A DNA stretch of 59,575 nt, counting the filler. It is 3 parts of 3 records of this genome, joined end to end, with 100 filler letters (N's around TTAATTAATTAA, not from the genome) between each part and the next. Parts side by side here need not be neighbours in the genome. Positions count along the whole stretch, not along the records: positions 17,758 to 45,133 come from SRR22947727_845; positions 45,234 to 59,575 come from SRR22947727_851; 1 more part is not named here. One strand, written 5' to 3'. This document shows, piece by piece, positions 35,630 to 45,349 of this stretch (position 1 is its first letter; each line of letters opens with the position of its first letter). A program made the translations under genes and the position numbers. The notes beneath the pieces are model-generated. The model saw nothing but the letters and a program-made list of their open reading frames with translations. It did not search any database and was not told the DNA's origin.

Positions 35630-36720
35630 GCTCCGACCAACCGGATTGCGCCGCCCTCAACACCCTTAGCGCTCGTGATGGTGTCGTGTGACACTTCTCC
35701 CGCGCTCTCGCTCACAACGCCGACCTGCCATGCCTGGTGGCCTGAAGCGCGCAACGTCGCCGTCACTGCTGAAGCTTCTGCTGCGTCCACCACAGCCACC
35801 ATGCCAATCCCCATATTCCAAGTGTCCTCGACCTGACCCAGGGTGAAGCCGCCGGCGTCAGCCAGCACCTGCATGACGGTGGGCGGCGACCAGGTTGAGC
35901 GGTCAACATCGATAGCCAGCCCTTGGGGGATGACGCGCGAAAGGTTTTGGGCTAAACCACCACCGGTCACGTGGCTCAACATGTGAAGGGCCCCGGGGTG
36001 AGCAGCCATGAGCTCAAGAATCGAGCTGGTGTAGAGCATGGTGGGCTCGAGTAGCTCGAGACCCAACGCGCGAGAAAACTCAGGCCTCGTGGCGTGAAGG
36101 TCCCACCCCTGATCGGCAACAATTTTTCGCACCAAGGAAAATCCGTTGCTGTGGAGGCCGCTGGAAGCCATCGCGATAACCGCATCGCCGGCGCCAACTT
36201 TAGCGGGGTCAAGCATGTCGCCAGCTTCGACAACACCGGTGGCAGCTCCGGCGACGTCATATTCGTTGGGGTCCAAGAGTCCGGGGTGCTCGGCTGTCTC
36301 TCCGCCGACCAAGGACACACCGCAACTCGCGGCAGCCTCCGCAATTCCACGCACGATGGCGGCAATTCGCTCTGGGACAACACGGCCGCAGGCAATGTAG
36401 TCAGTCATGAACAGGGGCGTCGCTCCGACGACGACGATGTCATCGACGACCATGCCGACGAGGTCCCAGCCAATGGTGTCGTGGACATCCATTGCCTGGG
36501 CGATGGCGACTTTAGTCCCCACGCCATCTGTCGACGTGGCGAGGATTGGATGGGAATAGGAGGTGAGGAATGACGCGTCATAGAGCCCCGCAAATCCGCC
36601 CACGCCACCCATGACACGAGACGAATGACTACCTAGAACTGCGGCCTTCATGAGCTCGACGGCCCGATCACCAGCCGTGGTGTCCACTCCACTCGATTGA
36701 TAGGGGGAGGGCTCACTCAC
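35599..36720 (-). CDS. purM: Phosphoribosylformylglycinamidine cyclo-ligase
   Basis: STDGVGTK, GGETAEHPG, SSGLHSNG, HVTGGG. Confidence 0.96.
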   Translation of the reverse strand: MSEPSPYQSSGVDTTAGDRAVELMKAAVLGSHSSRVMGGVGGFAGLYDASFLTSYSHPILATSTDGVGTKVAIAQAMDVHDTIGWDLVGMVVDDIVVVGATPLFMTDYIACGRVVPERIAAIVRGIAEAAASCGVSLVGGETAEHPGLLDPNEYDVAGAATGVVEAGDMLDPAKVGAGDAVIAMASSGLHSNGFSLVRKIVADQGWDLHATRPEFSRALGLELLEPTMLYTSSILELMAAHPGALHMLSHVTGGGLAQNLSRVIPQGLAIDVDRSTWSPPTVMQVLADAGGFTLGQVEDTWNMGIGMVAVVDAAEASAVTATLRASGHQAWQVGVVSESAGEVSHDTITSAKGVEGGAIRLVGAYADSSSASS

Positions 36721-36801
36721 ATCCCAATCCTAAGGCAGTGGTCGCGAGTGCGTTGTGGATAACTTTGACGGGGGCGCCGACAAGGCTTCTAGCCTTCGAC
36801 C

Positions 36802-38367
36802 ATGACACAGCAGACCACGACTCGAACGACCACCTTCTCTGCCACCACCTCCTGGGTGGGGGTGCTGCTCCTCGGAGCAGGGCTCACCCAGGTCGCTCTC
36901 CCGCCCAGCCAAGCAACGTCCCCCGGGCCTCAGACGGCAAGCGTCGAGTACCAGGGCATTGATGAATTTTTTGGGGTGCTCTCGGGCGGAGTCCAAAGAG
37001 ACTTCACGAGTGGGCAGTACGGTTGGAAGGGTCCAGCGTTTGACTCGCTCGGGATGATGGGGATGGAGTGGACGACAGCGACCGGGACGGAGGCCCGCCG
37101 AGATATTTCTCCTGATCCCGGTACATCATCACCCTCACCCGGTGGAGACTCATCATGGACCACGCCTGGCTATTTGAGCGCGAACCCCAACAATCAGATT
37201 TACACCGAGAAGTCGGTCAGCCTGAGTGGCAACCAGGTCCGCTTTTCCATGCGTCACCGCTCCCTCGCGGATGAGTCCGCTATCGACCGCAGGCTTTATT
37301 GGGTGGCGCAGTTGAGTAGCGGCTACAACCCCGTCTACAGCGGAGCAGGAACCTCGACCCTGCTCATCACAGACTCCTCGGGCGCCCATCCCAGCGTGAT
37401 CATCCATGTCACGAGTGCAGCAGGGTCTCCCACCTTCGAAGGCGGGGCCTCGATGTACACACCACTTGCTGATGGCGATCGAAGCCCCACCCTGTATCTC
37501 CTTCCGGGGGATGCGGCGGACTTCACGATGGAAATCACGGTGGGGATTGTCGATGCTGACCCTTGCTCGGCAAGCGCCGCCTCATCGTTTGCCGCCTCGC
37601 AAGCGGGAGCATTCGGTGCCGTGTGGGAGAGCATGACCTCCTGCGCGATGCCCGCCACCTGGAGCATCACTGCCGATGGCGAACCGTCAGCACCTCTCAC
37701 CATGGCTTTCGCGGACCCCTACCAAACCCCCACAGCACCCACGGCGAGAGAGGTGGAGCTCACCGGACTCCCGGAGGGTGTGAGTTGGGAGCGCGCTGCC
37801 GATGCAGGAGGCCTTCTGCAGGTGACTCTGTCGGCCACAACTGCCGTGGAGCCCGGGACATACCCACTGGCCTGGTCCGCTCTTGACCGGAGTGAGACGG
37901 ACGGGATTGTGACGCTCTCCAGAGCGTCCTCTTCCAGCGCAACACTCAGCGTCATGGCAGCCCCACCACCCCCTGTGGTGGAGGAACCTGTGGTGAGCTC
38001 TGACCCGCCCTCGTCACCTACCCCTGCAGCCCCCACTTCTGATAGCCCTCCTGCAGAGGTGACCATTGCGCCCGCGCCCTCGGAGCAAGCTCCTGTGAGA
38101 ACTCCCGTGGAGCAAATCTTTGACATTCCTGTCGTTCTCCCTCCGGTGATGGAAAGCACCCCCGAAATCCCCGAGCCGTTCTCCGCGGAAAGAGTGCCCC
38201 GGAGTGTGGACGAAGTGGGGCCCCAGATTCCTGAGCCCTTGGGTGCAGGGGTGTGGCTGGGAGTGGGAACCGGTGTCCTTGCGGGCGGTGGAATTCTGGC
38301 CGCCCTGCGACGCCGATTCGCTCGCACTCGCAGCACTGCCCTCGAGAGTTCGGGGCGTATCGACTGA
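36802..38367 (+). CDS. Secreted surface protein with Pro-rich stalk and C-terminal TM anchor
   Basis: Signal-like N-terminus, Ser/Thr-rich body, PPPPVVEEP stalk, IPEP-TM-RRR end. Confidence 0.7.
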   Translation: MTQQTTTRTTTFSATTSWVGVLLLGAGLTQVALPPSQATSPGPQTASVEYQGIDEFFGVLSGGVQRDFTSGQYGWKGPAFDSLGMMGMEWTTATGTEARRDISPDPGTSSPSPGGDSSWTTPGYLSANPNNQIYTEKSVSLSGNQVRFSMRHRSLADESAIDRRLYWVAQLSSGYNPVYSGAGTSTLLITDSSGAHPSVIIHVTSAAGSPTFEGGASMYTPLADGDRSPTLYLLPGDAADFTMEITVGIVDADPCSASAASSFAASQAGAFGAVWESMTSCAMPATWSITADGEPSAPLTMAFADPYQTPTAPTAREVELTGLPEGVSWERAADAGGLLQVTLSATTAVEPGTYPLAWSALDRSETDGIVTLSRASSSSATLSVMAAPPPPVVEEPVVSSDPPSSPTPAAPTSDSPPAEVTIAPAPSEQAPVRTPVEQIFDIPVVLPPVMESTPEIPEPFSAERVPRSVDEVGPQIPEPLGAGVWLGVGTGVLAGGGILAALRRRFARTRSTALESSGRID

Positions 38368-38430
38368 CCTCGCGATTGCCCGGTAGGCTTGCCTCAACAT
38401 CGGCTGCAAGACGAGGAGATGCCCCCTTCA

Positions 38431-39888
38431 ATGTGCGGGATCGTGGGAATCGTATCGTCGTCACCCGTCAACCAACAGGTGTATGACGCACTTGCCCTTC
38501 TTCAGCACCGAGGCCAAGACTCCACCGGTATTGCGACCTCCGATGAACACACGTTGCATATCCACAAGTCCAAGGGTCAGGTGCGCGAGGGTTACCGCAC
38601 CCGTGACATGCGCACGCTCGCGGGAACCATTGGCCTGGGCCACGTGCGCTACGCGACCAGGGGTAATGCCAAGAAAGAGCAAGAGGCTCAACCGTTCTAT
38701 GTGAACGCTCCTTATGGAATTGTGCTGGTCCATAACGGGAACCTCACCAACACCCGTGAGCTCACCAAGGAGTTGGCTGAGAAGGACCGCCGGCACCTGA
38801 ACACCACGTCAGACACGGAAATGCTGGTCAACGTTTTGGCCAGCGAGTTGCAGTCAGCCGAGTCGGGAACATCGTTCACTTCCGAGACTGCTTTTGACGC
38901 GGTGACCGCTCTGCATAAGCGAGTCGAGGGCTCCTACGCGGCTATTGCCGTCATTGCTGGTCACGGAATTTTGGCATTCCGAGACCCCTTCGGGATTCGG
39001 CCGCTGATTCTGGGTCGCCGACAGGCAGGCCTTGTGGGCGACGAATGGATTGTCGCGAGTGAATCGCTTGTTCTCGAAGCATCCGGGTATGACATTGTGC
39101 GCGACGTCGAACCTGGTGAGGCAATCTTTATCTCCCGGGAGGGAACGCTCTACTCCCAGCAGTGCGCAGAGAACCCTCGATTAGTGCCCTGCTCTTTTGA
39201 ATACGTCTACCTCGCCAGACCCGACTCCATCATGAATGGGATCTCCGTCTATGAGGCCAGGCTTCGCCTGGGCGACAAGCTTGCGGACACCATTGCGCGC
39301 TATGCCCCCACCGACAGCATCGATGTCGTGATGCCCATTCCTGATTCCGCGCGTCCCGCAGCTATGCAGGTGGCCCGAAAACTTGGGATCGAGTACCGCG
39401 AGGGCTTCTACAAGAACAAATACGTCGGGCGAACCTTCATCATGCCCGGCCAGGCCCAACGAACGAAGAGTGTTCGACAGAAGTTAAACGCGATGTCGAG
39501 TGAGTTTGCGGGCAAGAACGTTCTGATTGTGGACGACTCCATTGTCCGGGGAACCACGTCACGAGAAATCGTGGAAATGGCTCGTGAAGCAGGAGCCAAG
39601 AGTGTCACCTTCACTTCGGCAGCGCCTCCTGTTCGTTTCCCTCACGTTTATGGCATCAATATGCCGAACAAGGGCGAGTTGGTTGCTGCGGGGCGCACCA
39701 TTCCTGAGATTGCCCGCGAAATTGGGGCGGACCACCTGATCTATCAAGAGGTTGAGGACATGCGTGACGCCATTATCGAAGGCTCCGATGTCACCGAACT
39801 CGATATGAGTTGCTTCACCGGTGAGTACGTGACCGGAACGGTGAGCGATGACTATCTTGCGTGGGTGGAAACTCACCAGACCAGCTAG
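38431..39888 (+). CDS. purF: Amidophosphoribosyltransferase
   Basis: Catalytic N-terminal MCGIVG at 38431, QHRGQD, VDDSIVRGTT. Confidence 0.96.
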   Translation: MCGIVGIVSSSPVNQQVYDALALLQHRGQDSTGIATSDEHTLHIHKSKGQVREGYRTRDMRTLAGTIGLGHVRYATRGNAKKEQEAQPFYVNAPYGIVLVHNGNLTNTRELTKELAEKDRRHLNTTSDTEMLVNVLASELQSAESGTSFTSETAFDAVTALHKRVEGSYAAIAVIAGHGILAFRDPFGIRPLILGRRQAGLVGDEWIVASESLVLEASGYDIVRDVEPGEAIFISREGTLYSQQCAENPRLVPCSFEYVYLARPDSIMNGISVYEARLRLGDKLADTIARYAPTDSIDVVMPIPDSARPAAMQVARKLGIEYREGFYKNKYVGRTFIMPGQAQRTKSVRQKLNAMSSEFAGKNVLIVDDSIVRGTTSREIVEMAREAGAKSVTFTSAAPPVRFPHVYGINMPNKGELVAAGRTIPEIAREIGADHLIYQEVEDMRDAIIEGSDVTELDMSCFTGEYVTGTVSDDYLAWVETHQTS

Positions 39889-40178
39889 TCCTCACGTCCC
39901 TCTTCCCGAGCCATGACGGCTTCGGTGACTTTCCGCTTGGAGCGCAGGTCCAGAATCAGCCAGAGAACAATCCCGACGGCAATGGATCCGGTAATTCCAT
40001 AGAGCGAGAAGTAGGCGAACAGCGTGCCAAAGCCCACCGACGGGTCGGCCTCATAGAGTGCCGTCAGAATCAGAGTTCCCACAAACCCTAGAAAACCAAA
40101 CACCACGACAAAGGCCGAGAGTCGAGGGGAACGTCGTATGGTGACTCTCTGCTCGGGTGCAGGGTCCGGGGTGGTCAT
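39885..40178 (-). CDS. Two-TM hypothetical protein
   Basis: VTIRRSPR followed by two hydrophobic spans. Confidence 0.7.
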   Translation of the reverse strand: MTTPDPAPEQRVTIRRSPRLSAFVVVFGFLGFVGTLILTALYEADPSVGFGTLFAYFSLYGITGSIAVGIVLWLILDLRSKRKVTEAVMAREEGRED

Positions 40179-40182
40179 GGTC

Positions 40183-40545
40183 TCAGGGTAACGGGACTAC
40201 CGGTAACCAGGCTGAGAGATTTGAGCGCTCTCCCGAGGCGTTAATGAGTCCTTCGGAGAGCTGGTGTTCAAAGGTCGCAGACCCTGTGGCGATCTCTAGC
40301 CACACCGCGGGAGCCATCTCGACAACGGCGGGGGGAGTCCCTCTCGTGTGGGTAGGCCCGTCGATAGCCTGCACTGCTCCCCACGGTGGAACACGAACCT
40401 CCACACTCGAACCCGGTGCCTTCTGACGAAGTATCTGCAGGGTGAAACGAACGGCGAGTGCTTCGTCATCGGGCGTATGAACACCGTCGCCCCATCGCCT
40501 CAACGCTTCCGATCCAGCGTCATCAGAGATCCGTCGGGCTGCCAC
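40183..40545 (-). CDS. Bacterial sterol-carrier (SCP-like) family protein
   Basis: APGSSVEVRVPPWGAVQAIDGPTHTRGTPP.VVE. Confidence 0.85.
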   Translation of the reverse strand: MAARRISDDAGSEALRRWGDGVHTPDDEALAVRFTLQILRQKAPGSSVEVRVPPWGAVQAIDGPTHTRGTPPAVVEMAPAVWLEIATGSATFEHQLSEGLINASGERSNLSAWLPVVPLP

Positions 40546-40585
40546 GTCTCACACGCTAGCAATCTCCCGCGGGTAGGGTAAGCGC

Positions 40586-41836
40586 GTGAAGATTTTGGTC
40601 ATTGGGTCAGGCGCCAGAGAGCACACCATCATCAAAGCTCTTCGTCGCGACACCGAGGAGCACGACATCTTGGCCGCTCCCGGTAATGCGGGAATCTCTG
40701 CCGATGCGGAGATTGTCGGCTTGAATCCGGCCAACCCCAAAGTCGTCACCGAGTTTGCCGTTACATCTGATGTTGATTTGGTCGTCATCGGACCAGAGGC
40801 TCCGCTCGTGGCGGGAGTCGCCAACGCACTCCGGAAAGCAGGGGTTGCGGTTTTTGGCCCCGACAAAGAGGCCGCGGCCATCGAAGGATCAAAGTCTTTT
40901 GCGAAGGACATCATGGCGGCCGCGGGCGTTCCCAACGGCAAAGCATGGACTGTGTCCACGGAGGACGAGCTCACCGCGGCTCTTGATGCATCCGGTTCCC
41001 CCTATGTAGTCAAAGCTGACGGGCTTGCCGCCGGTAAAGGAGTGTTGGTGACAGAGGACAGGGAGGCTGCAATCGAGCACGCGACCTTCTACCTCCAACA
41101 CGGGGACGTCCTGGTCGAAGAATTCCTCGATGGCCCTGAGGTGTCGTTGTTCTTCGTCAGCGATGGTCAACGGATTGTTCCCCTCAGCCCGGCGCAGGAT
41201 TACAAACGAGCCTTCGATGGCGATGAGGGCCCCAACACGGGTGGAATGGGCGCCTACTCTCCCCTCCCGTGGCTTGAGGATGGCTTTGTGGAGAGTGTGA
41301 CCACCACGATCGCCCAGCCCGTAGTAGACGAGCTTGCCCAACGTGGAACACCGTTCATTGGTCTCCTCTATTGCGGCCTTATTGTGACCGAGGATGGCGT
41401 CAAGGTCATCGAGTTCAATGCCCGCTTTGGTGACCCTGAGACTCAGGTAGTGCTCGCCCGCCTGGAATCACCATTGGCCCCCTTGCTCTACGCGGCAGCC
41501 ACAGAAATGTTGGACAGTGTCGAGCCTCCCCGCTTTAGCGACCAGTGTGCGCTGACCGTGGTGTTGGCAAGCGAGGGATATCCCGAGAACCCCGTGACCG
41601 GTAGAGAGATCGTGGGGTTGGACACTCTTCCCACGGACCCACACGTCAGCATCGCTCATGCCGCAACAGCATGGGATGGGTCTGACCTACTAGCGACCGG
41701 GGGTCGTGTGATGAGCGTCATTGCCACGGGTGCTACCTTTGCCGATGCGCGGCAGTCGGCGTATGACACGTTGGAGAGCATTACCTTGGAGGGCTCGCAC
41801 TATCGTCGTGACATTGCCCTGCGCGTTGTCTCATGA
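40586..41836 (+). CDS. purD: Phosphoribosylamine-glycine ligase
   Basis: [40 protein letters not shown]. Confidence 0.97.
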   Translation: MKILVIGSGAREHTIIKALRRDTEEHDILAAPGNAGISADAEIVGLNPANPKVVTEFAVTSDVDLVVIGPEAPLVAGVANALRKAGVAVFGPDKEAAAIEGSKSFAKDIMAAAGVPNGKAWTVSTEDELTAALDASGSPYVVKADGLAAGKGVLVTEDREAAIEHATFYLQHGDVLVEEFLDGPEVSLFFVSDGQRIVPLSPAQDYKRAFDGDEGPNTGGMGAYSPLPWLEDGFVESVTTTIAQPVVDELAQRGTPFIGLLYCGLIVTEDGVKVIEFNARFGDPETQVVLARLESPLAPLLYAAATEMLDSVEPPRFSDQCALTVVLASEGYPENPVTGREIVGLDTLPTDPHVSIAHAATAWDGSDLLATGGRVMSVIATGATFADARQSAYDTLESITLEGSHYRRDIALRVVS

Positions 41837-42717
41837 CCGAACTGACGGGCTGGACTCCGGTCTACTCAGGCAAAGTTCGAGAGCTGTATATTCCCCAAAC
41901 GGCATCTACCGTCCGCGATGCGGACAAGCTCCTGATTGTCGCGACAAACAGGGTCAGTGCCTTTGACCACATTCTCACCCCAGAGATACCTGGCAAGGGC
42001 GCGATACTGACCTCCCTCACGCGCTGGTGGTTCACGCAGCTCTCAGATGTTCCGAACCATCTGACCGGCGAGGACCCACCCGAGGAGGTCGCCGATCGCG
42101 CAATGGTGGTGGAGCCTCTGGACATGTTCCCCGTGGAATGCGTTGTCCGTGGATATCTTGCGGGAAGTGGTTGGAAGGAGTACCAGGCAACATCTCGGGT
42201 GTGTGGCGTCGAACTCCCCCCGGGTCTCTCCGAGGGCGATGAACTCCCCGAGCCGCTCTTTACCCCTGCTACCAAGGCAGCCGTGGGGGATCACGACGAA
42301 AACATTTCGTTTGATCAGATGGCAAAGCTTGTTGGCTCGGAGGACGCCGCATCACTTCGGGACCTCAGTCTCTCTTTGTATTCTCGCGCTCGAGATATTG
42401 CTCTCACGCGGGGGGTCATCCTGGCTGACACGAAGTTCGAATTTGGCCGCCACCGAACCACCGGGGCCATCACACTCGGCGACGAGGTCCTCACCTCCGA
42501 CAGCAGTCGCTATTGGGATGGAGAGTTATATTCCGAAGGCGGAATGAATCGTCTGGATAGCTTTGACAAGCAACTCATTCGCAACTGGTTGCAGGAGAAC
42601 TGGAACCAGAAAGGGTCCCCGCCCGCTCTACCCGCGCATCTCGTGGACCACACGATGGATCGCTATCGCGAACTCTTTCAGCGCCTTACCGGTAAAGCAG
42701 TCGACAATTTAGTGTGA
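41833..42717 (+). CDS. purC: SAICAR synthase
   Basis: YSGKVRELY, RVSAFD, ECVVRGYLAGS, DTKFEFG. Confidence 0.96.
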   Translation: MTELTGWTPVYSGKVRELYIPQTASTVRDADKLLIVATNRVSAFDHILTPEIPGKGAILTSLTRWWFTQLSDVPNHLTGEDPPEEVADRAMVVEPLDMFPVECVVRGYLAGSGWKEYQATSRVCGVELPPGLSEGDELPEPLFTPATKAAVGDHDENISFDQMAKLVGSEDAASLRDLSLSLYSRARDIALTRGVILADTKFEFGRHRTTGAITLGDEVLTSDSSRYWDGELYSEGGMNRLDSFDKQLIRNWLQENWNQKGSPPALPAHLVDHTMDRYRELFQRLTGKAVDNLV

Positions 42718-43502
42718 TGGCACTCAATCCCCCACCTCAGGCCTTGGCTGCGCCCACGCTGGCACACCGGGCAGCGTGGCCTGTTGCGCTGGGGTTGAGC
42801 CCCCTGCTGTACGCGCAGGGAAAGTGGGTGCGCAGGCAGGTTCCGAGGCTTCCGCACGCTCCCAGTCCCTGGGAAGGCGAGAGGCCCGGTCCGTCTCCGC
42901 TCTCGGTTCTCGGTGTCGGTGACTCCACAATTGCGGGGGTAGGAGTGAAGGACCCGCTCCACGGTCTCGTGCCGCAGTTTTCTCTCGCCCTTCACGAGAA
43001 GACCCAGCGAGGTGTGTCCTGGCGATCCGTAGGAGAGAGCGGCGCAACCTCAAAAGACATCCTGGGTCGGTTCCTCGCCCCGGCACTGTCTTCTCCGGCC
43101 GATGTGGTGATTGTCTCACTCGGCGCGAACGACGCTAAGGACCTCAAGCCCCTGGGCGCTACAGTGTCTCGTTTTGAGCGTTTACTGACGGTTCTGCACG
43201 ACGGACACCCCGAGGCTGTGCTGATCTTCTCGTCACTTCCAGCGTTTTATTTGTTCCCCACGTTGCCCCAACCGCTGCGCGGAGTTATCTATGCCCACGC
43301 TCAAGCCATTGAGCGGTCCATCCGTCCACTCATCGAGTCATTCCCGTTCGCCATGATGTCCCCTCCTCCGACCGGATACCACGACACTTTTTTTGCGGTG
43401 GATGGATTCCATCCCAGCGAAGACGGGTATCGAGACTGGGCTCGCTTTGCACTCGAGGACGCTCTCGAGCGTGGCGCACTGGAGGCGTTGAGCGCTCGAT
43501 AG
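42714..43502 (+). CDS. SGNH/GDSL hydrolase
   Basis: VGDST, LGAND, DGFHPS. Confidence 0.87.
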   Translation: MMALNPPPQALAAPTLAHRAAWPVALGLSPLLYAQGKWVRRQVPRLPHAPSPWEGERPGPSPLSVLGVGDSTIAGVGVKDPLHGLVPQFSLALHEKTQRGVSWRSVGESGATSKDILGRFLAPALSSPADVVIVSLGANDAKDLKPLGATVSRFERLLTVLHDGHPEAVLIFSSLPAFYLFPTLPQPLRGVIYAHAQAIERSIRPLIESFPFAMMSPPPTGYHDTFFAVDGFHPSEDGYRDWARFALEDALERGALEALSAR

Positions 43503-43549
43503 ACTGAGGGCGCTGTGTACTGCGGAGCCAAGTTCTCGGAGCGTGATTA

Positions 43550-43807
43550 GTGGCCATCATCGTCGTAGAAGTCATGCCCAAGCGCGAACTCCTCGATCCA
43601 GCAGGGAAAGCCGTTCTCGGAGCTTTCCACCGCAGCGGGATTGAGGGCTTCCACAAAGTGCGCATCGGCAAGCGCTTCGAGCTTCACGTGGATGGCCCAG
43701 CGACCGAGTCGCACCTGGCTGACGCCCGAAAAATGGCGGATGACCTGCTCTCGAATGGCGTGATTGAGGACGTCCTGGATGTTCGGGTGGAGGACTCCCC
43801 GGCATGA
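43550..43807 (+). CDS. purS: FGAM synthase subunit PurS
   Basis: LLDPAGKAV, VRIGKRFEL, LLSNGVIED. Confidence 0.92.
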   Translation: MAIIVVEVMPKRELLDPAGKAVLGAFHRSGIEGFHKVRIGKRFELHVDGPATESHLADARKMADDLLSNGVIEDVLDVRVEDSPA

Positions 43808-44499
43808 GAGTCGGGGTCGTCACTTTTCCTGGATCACTCGATGATCGTGACGCGCTCCGCGCGGTCCGCTTAGCCGGCGGCACGCCTGTCCCCCTCTGGC
43901 ATGGCACGCATGACCTCGAGGGCGTTGATGCCCTCATCCTTCCTGGAGGCTTTAGCTACGGGGACTACCTCCGCTGTGGGGCGATTGCCGCACACTCGCC
44001 GATCATGTCGGAGGTCGTGAGCGAGGCCAAGAAGGGGCTCCCGATTCTGGGTATCTGTAACGGATTCCAGATTCTGGTGGAAGCCGGGCTCCTCCCCGGT
44101 GGGCTGGTGCGCAACGACCACGGCGATTTCATTTGTCGGGACCAGAAACTGCGGGTGGAGAACACTGAAACTGCGTGGACAAGTGGGTATGAACTCCACC
44201 AAGAAATCGTGATCCCCCTCAAGAACGGTGAGGGTGGGTTCATCGCGGACGATGAATCCCTCAAGCGAATTGAAGGCGAGAGCCTGGTGGCTTTTCGCTA
44301 CCTGGAGGTCAACCCGAATGGTTCCGCCCACGACATCGCTGGTCTGCGCAACGAGTCGGGACGCATCGTGGGCCTGATGCCTCACCCCGAGCACGCGGTG
44401 GAGGCTGGCTTTGGCCCCGACACTGATGTGGCGATGAAGTCTGGGACCGATGGTCTCGCGATGTTCCAGTCCGTTCTTACTCAGGTGGTGAACGCGTGA
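43804..44499 (+). CDS. purQ: FGAM synthase glutaminase subunit
   Basis: PGGFSYGDYLR, GICNGFQ, MPHPEH. Confidence 0.96.
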   Translation: MRVGVVTFPGSLDDRDALRAVRLAGGTPVPLWHGTHDLEGVDALILPGGFSYGDYLRCGAIAAHSPIMSEVVSEAKKGLPILGICNGFQILVEAGLLPGGLVRNDHGDFICRDQKLRVENTETAWTSGYELHQEIVIPLKNGEGGFIADDESLKRIEGESLVAFRYLEVNPNGSAHDIAGLRNESGRIVGLMPHPEHAVEAGFGPDTDVAMKSGTDGLAMFQSVLTQVVNA

Positions 44500-44969
44500 C
44501 CAGGACACCGGGTTCCCTTTATCGGGTGATGGCACTGGCCGAAATGGCAACCTGGACTCTCCTGATCATTGCCATGGTGGCTCGTTACGGTTTCGCCTAC
44601 GACGGCCCGCTGTTTTTTGTGGCGGGGCTCAGCCACGGAATCATCTTCCTGGCCTATTGCGTGACCGCGGTCATTATCGGCATCAACCTGCGCTGGGGTT
44701 TTGGGACCATCGTGTTGGCCATCCTCTCGGCTATTCCACCGTGGGTCACCTGGCCCTTTGATCGGTGGTTGGAGAAAAGGAACAAGCTCGAGGGAGAGTG
44801 GCGCCTCGAGGATTCCGGTGACCCCCGCGATCAACACTGGATTGATCGCTTTGTTCGTCTCGGCCTTCGTCACCCCGTCTGGTCTTTTGTGGTCATCGTG
44901 CTGGGAATGGCGCTCGCGATTAGCGTGTTGCTGGCGCTCGGCTCTCCCACCGAATGGGGTGGTGAGTGA
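44496..44969 (+). CDS. DUF3817-like membrane protein
   Basis: [28 protein letters not shown]. Confidence 0.75.
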   Translation: MTRTPGSLYRVMALAEMATWTLLIIAMVARYGFAYDGPLFFVAGLSHGIIFLAYCVTAVIIGINLRWGFGTIVLAILSAIPPWVTWPFDRWLEKRNKLEGEWRLEDSGDPRDQHWIDRFVRLGLRHPVWSFVVIVLGMALAISVLLALGSPTEWGGE

Positions 44970-45133
44970 TGAGTGTCGATTCTGTATCCCAGGCAGAGAG
45001 CAGCCCAGAAAAAGAGCAGCCCTATGAGGCGCTCGGTCTGAAAAAGGATGAGTACGAGGAAATCCGTCGCCTCTTAGGCCGCAGGCCTACATCAGGTGAA
45101 CTGGCGATGTATTCGGTGATGTGGAGCGAGCAC
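44966..45133 (+). CDS. purL: FGAM synthase large subunit, 3'-truncated
   Basis: LGLKKDEY..I...[20 protein letters not shown]. Confidence 0.93.
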
Positions 45134-45233
45134 NNNNNNNNNNNNNNNNNNNNNNNNNNNNNNNNNNNNNNNNNNNNTTAATTAATTAANNNNNNNNNNN
45201 NNNNNNNNNNNNNNNNNNNNNNNNNNNNNNNNN
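45134..45233. other. Artificial contig spacer
   Basis: 44 N + TTAATTAATTAA + 44 N. Confidence 0.98.
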
Positions 45234-45349
45234 TGGTCAGGGCGCGTGGTGGGTACTTTTGCAACCCGGGCTGTGCCGGCTGTTTCGTTGAGAACAAAAA
45301 TATCCGTGAATGTGCCGCCAACATCGACACCGATCATGAGGCTGCTCAT
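45234..45349 (-). CDS. Hydantoinase/oxoprolinase A subunit, truncated at contig edge
   Basis: MSSLMIGVDVGGTFTD...KVPTT; ATGA overlap with the B-subunit stop. Confidence 0.88.

Noticed and set aside
17658-45233. Repeated TTAATTAATTAA as a biological repeat
   Set aside because: Identical N-flanked six-frame-stop linkers used for concatenation.
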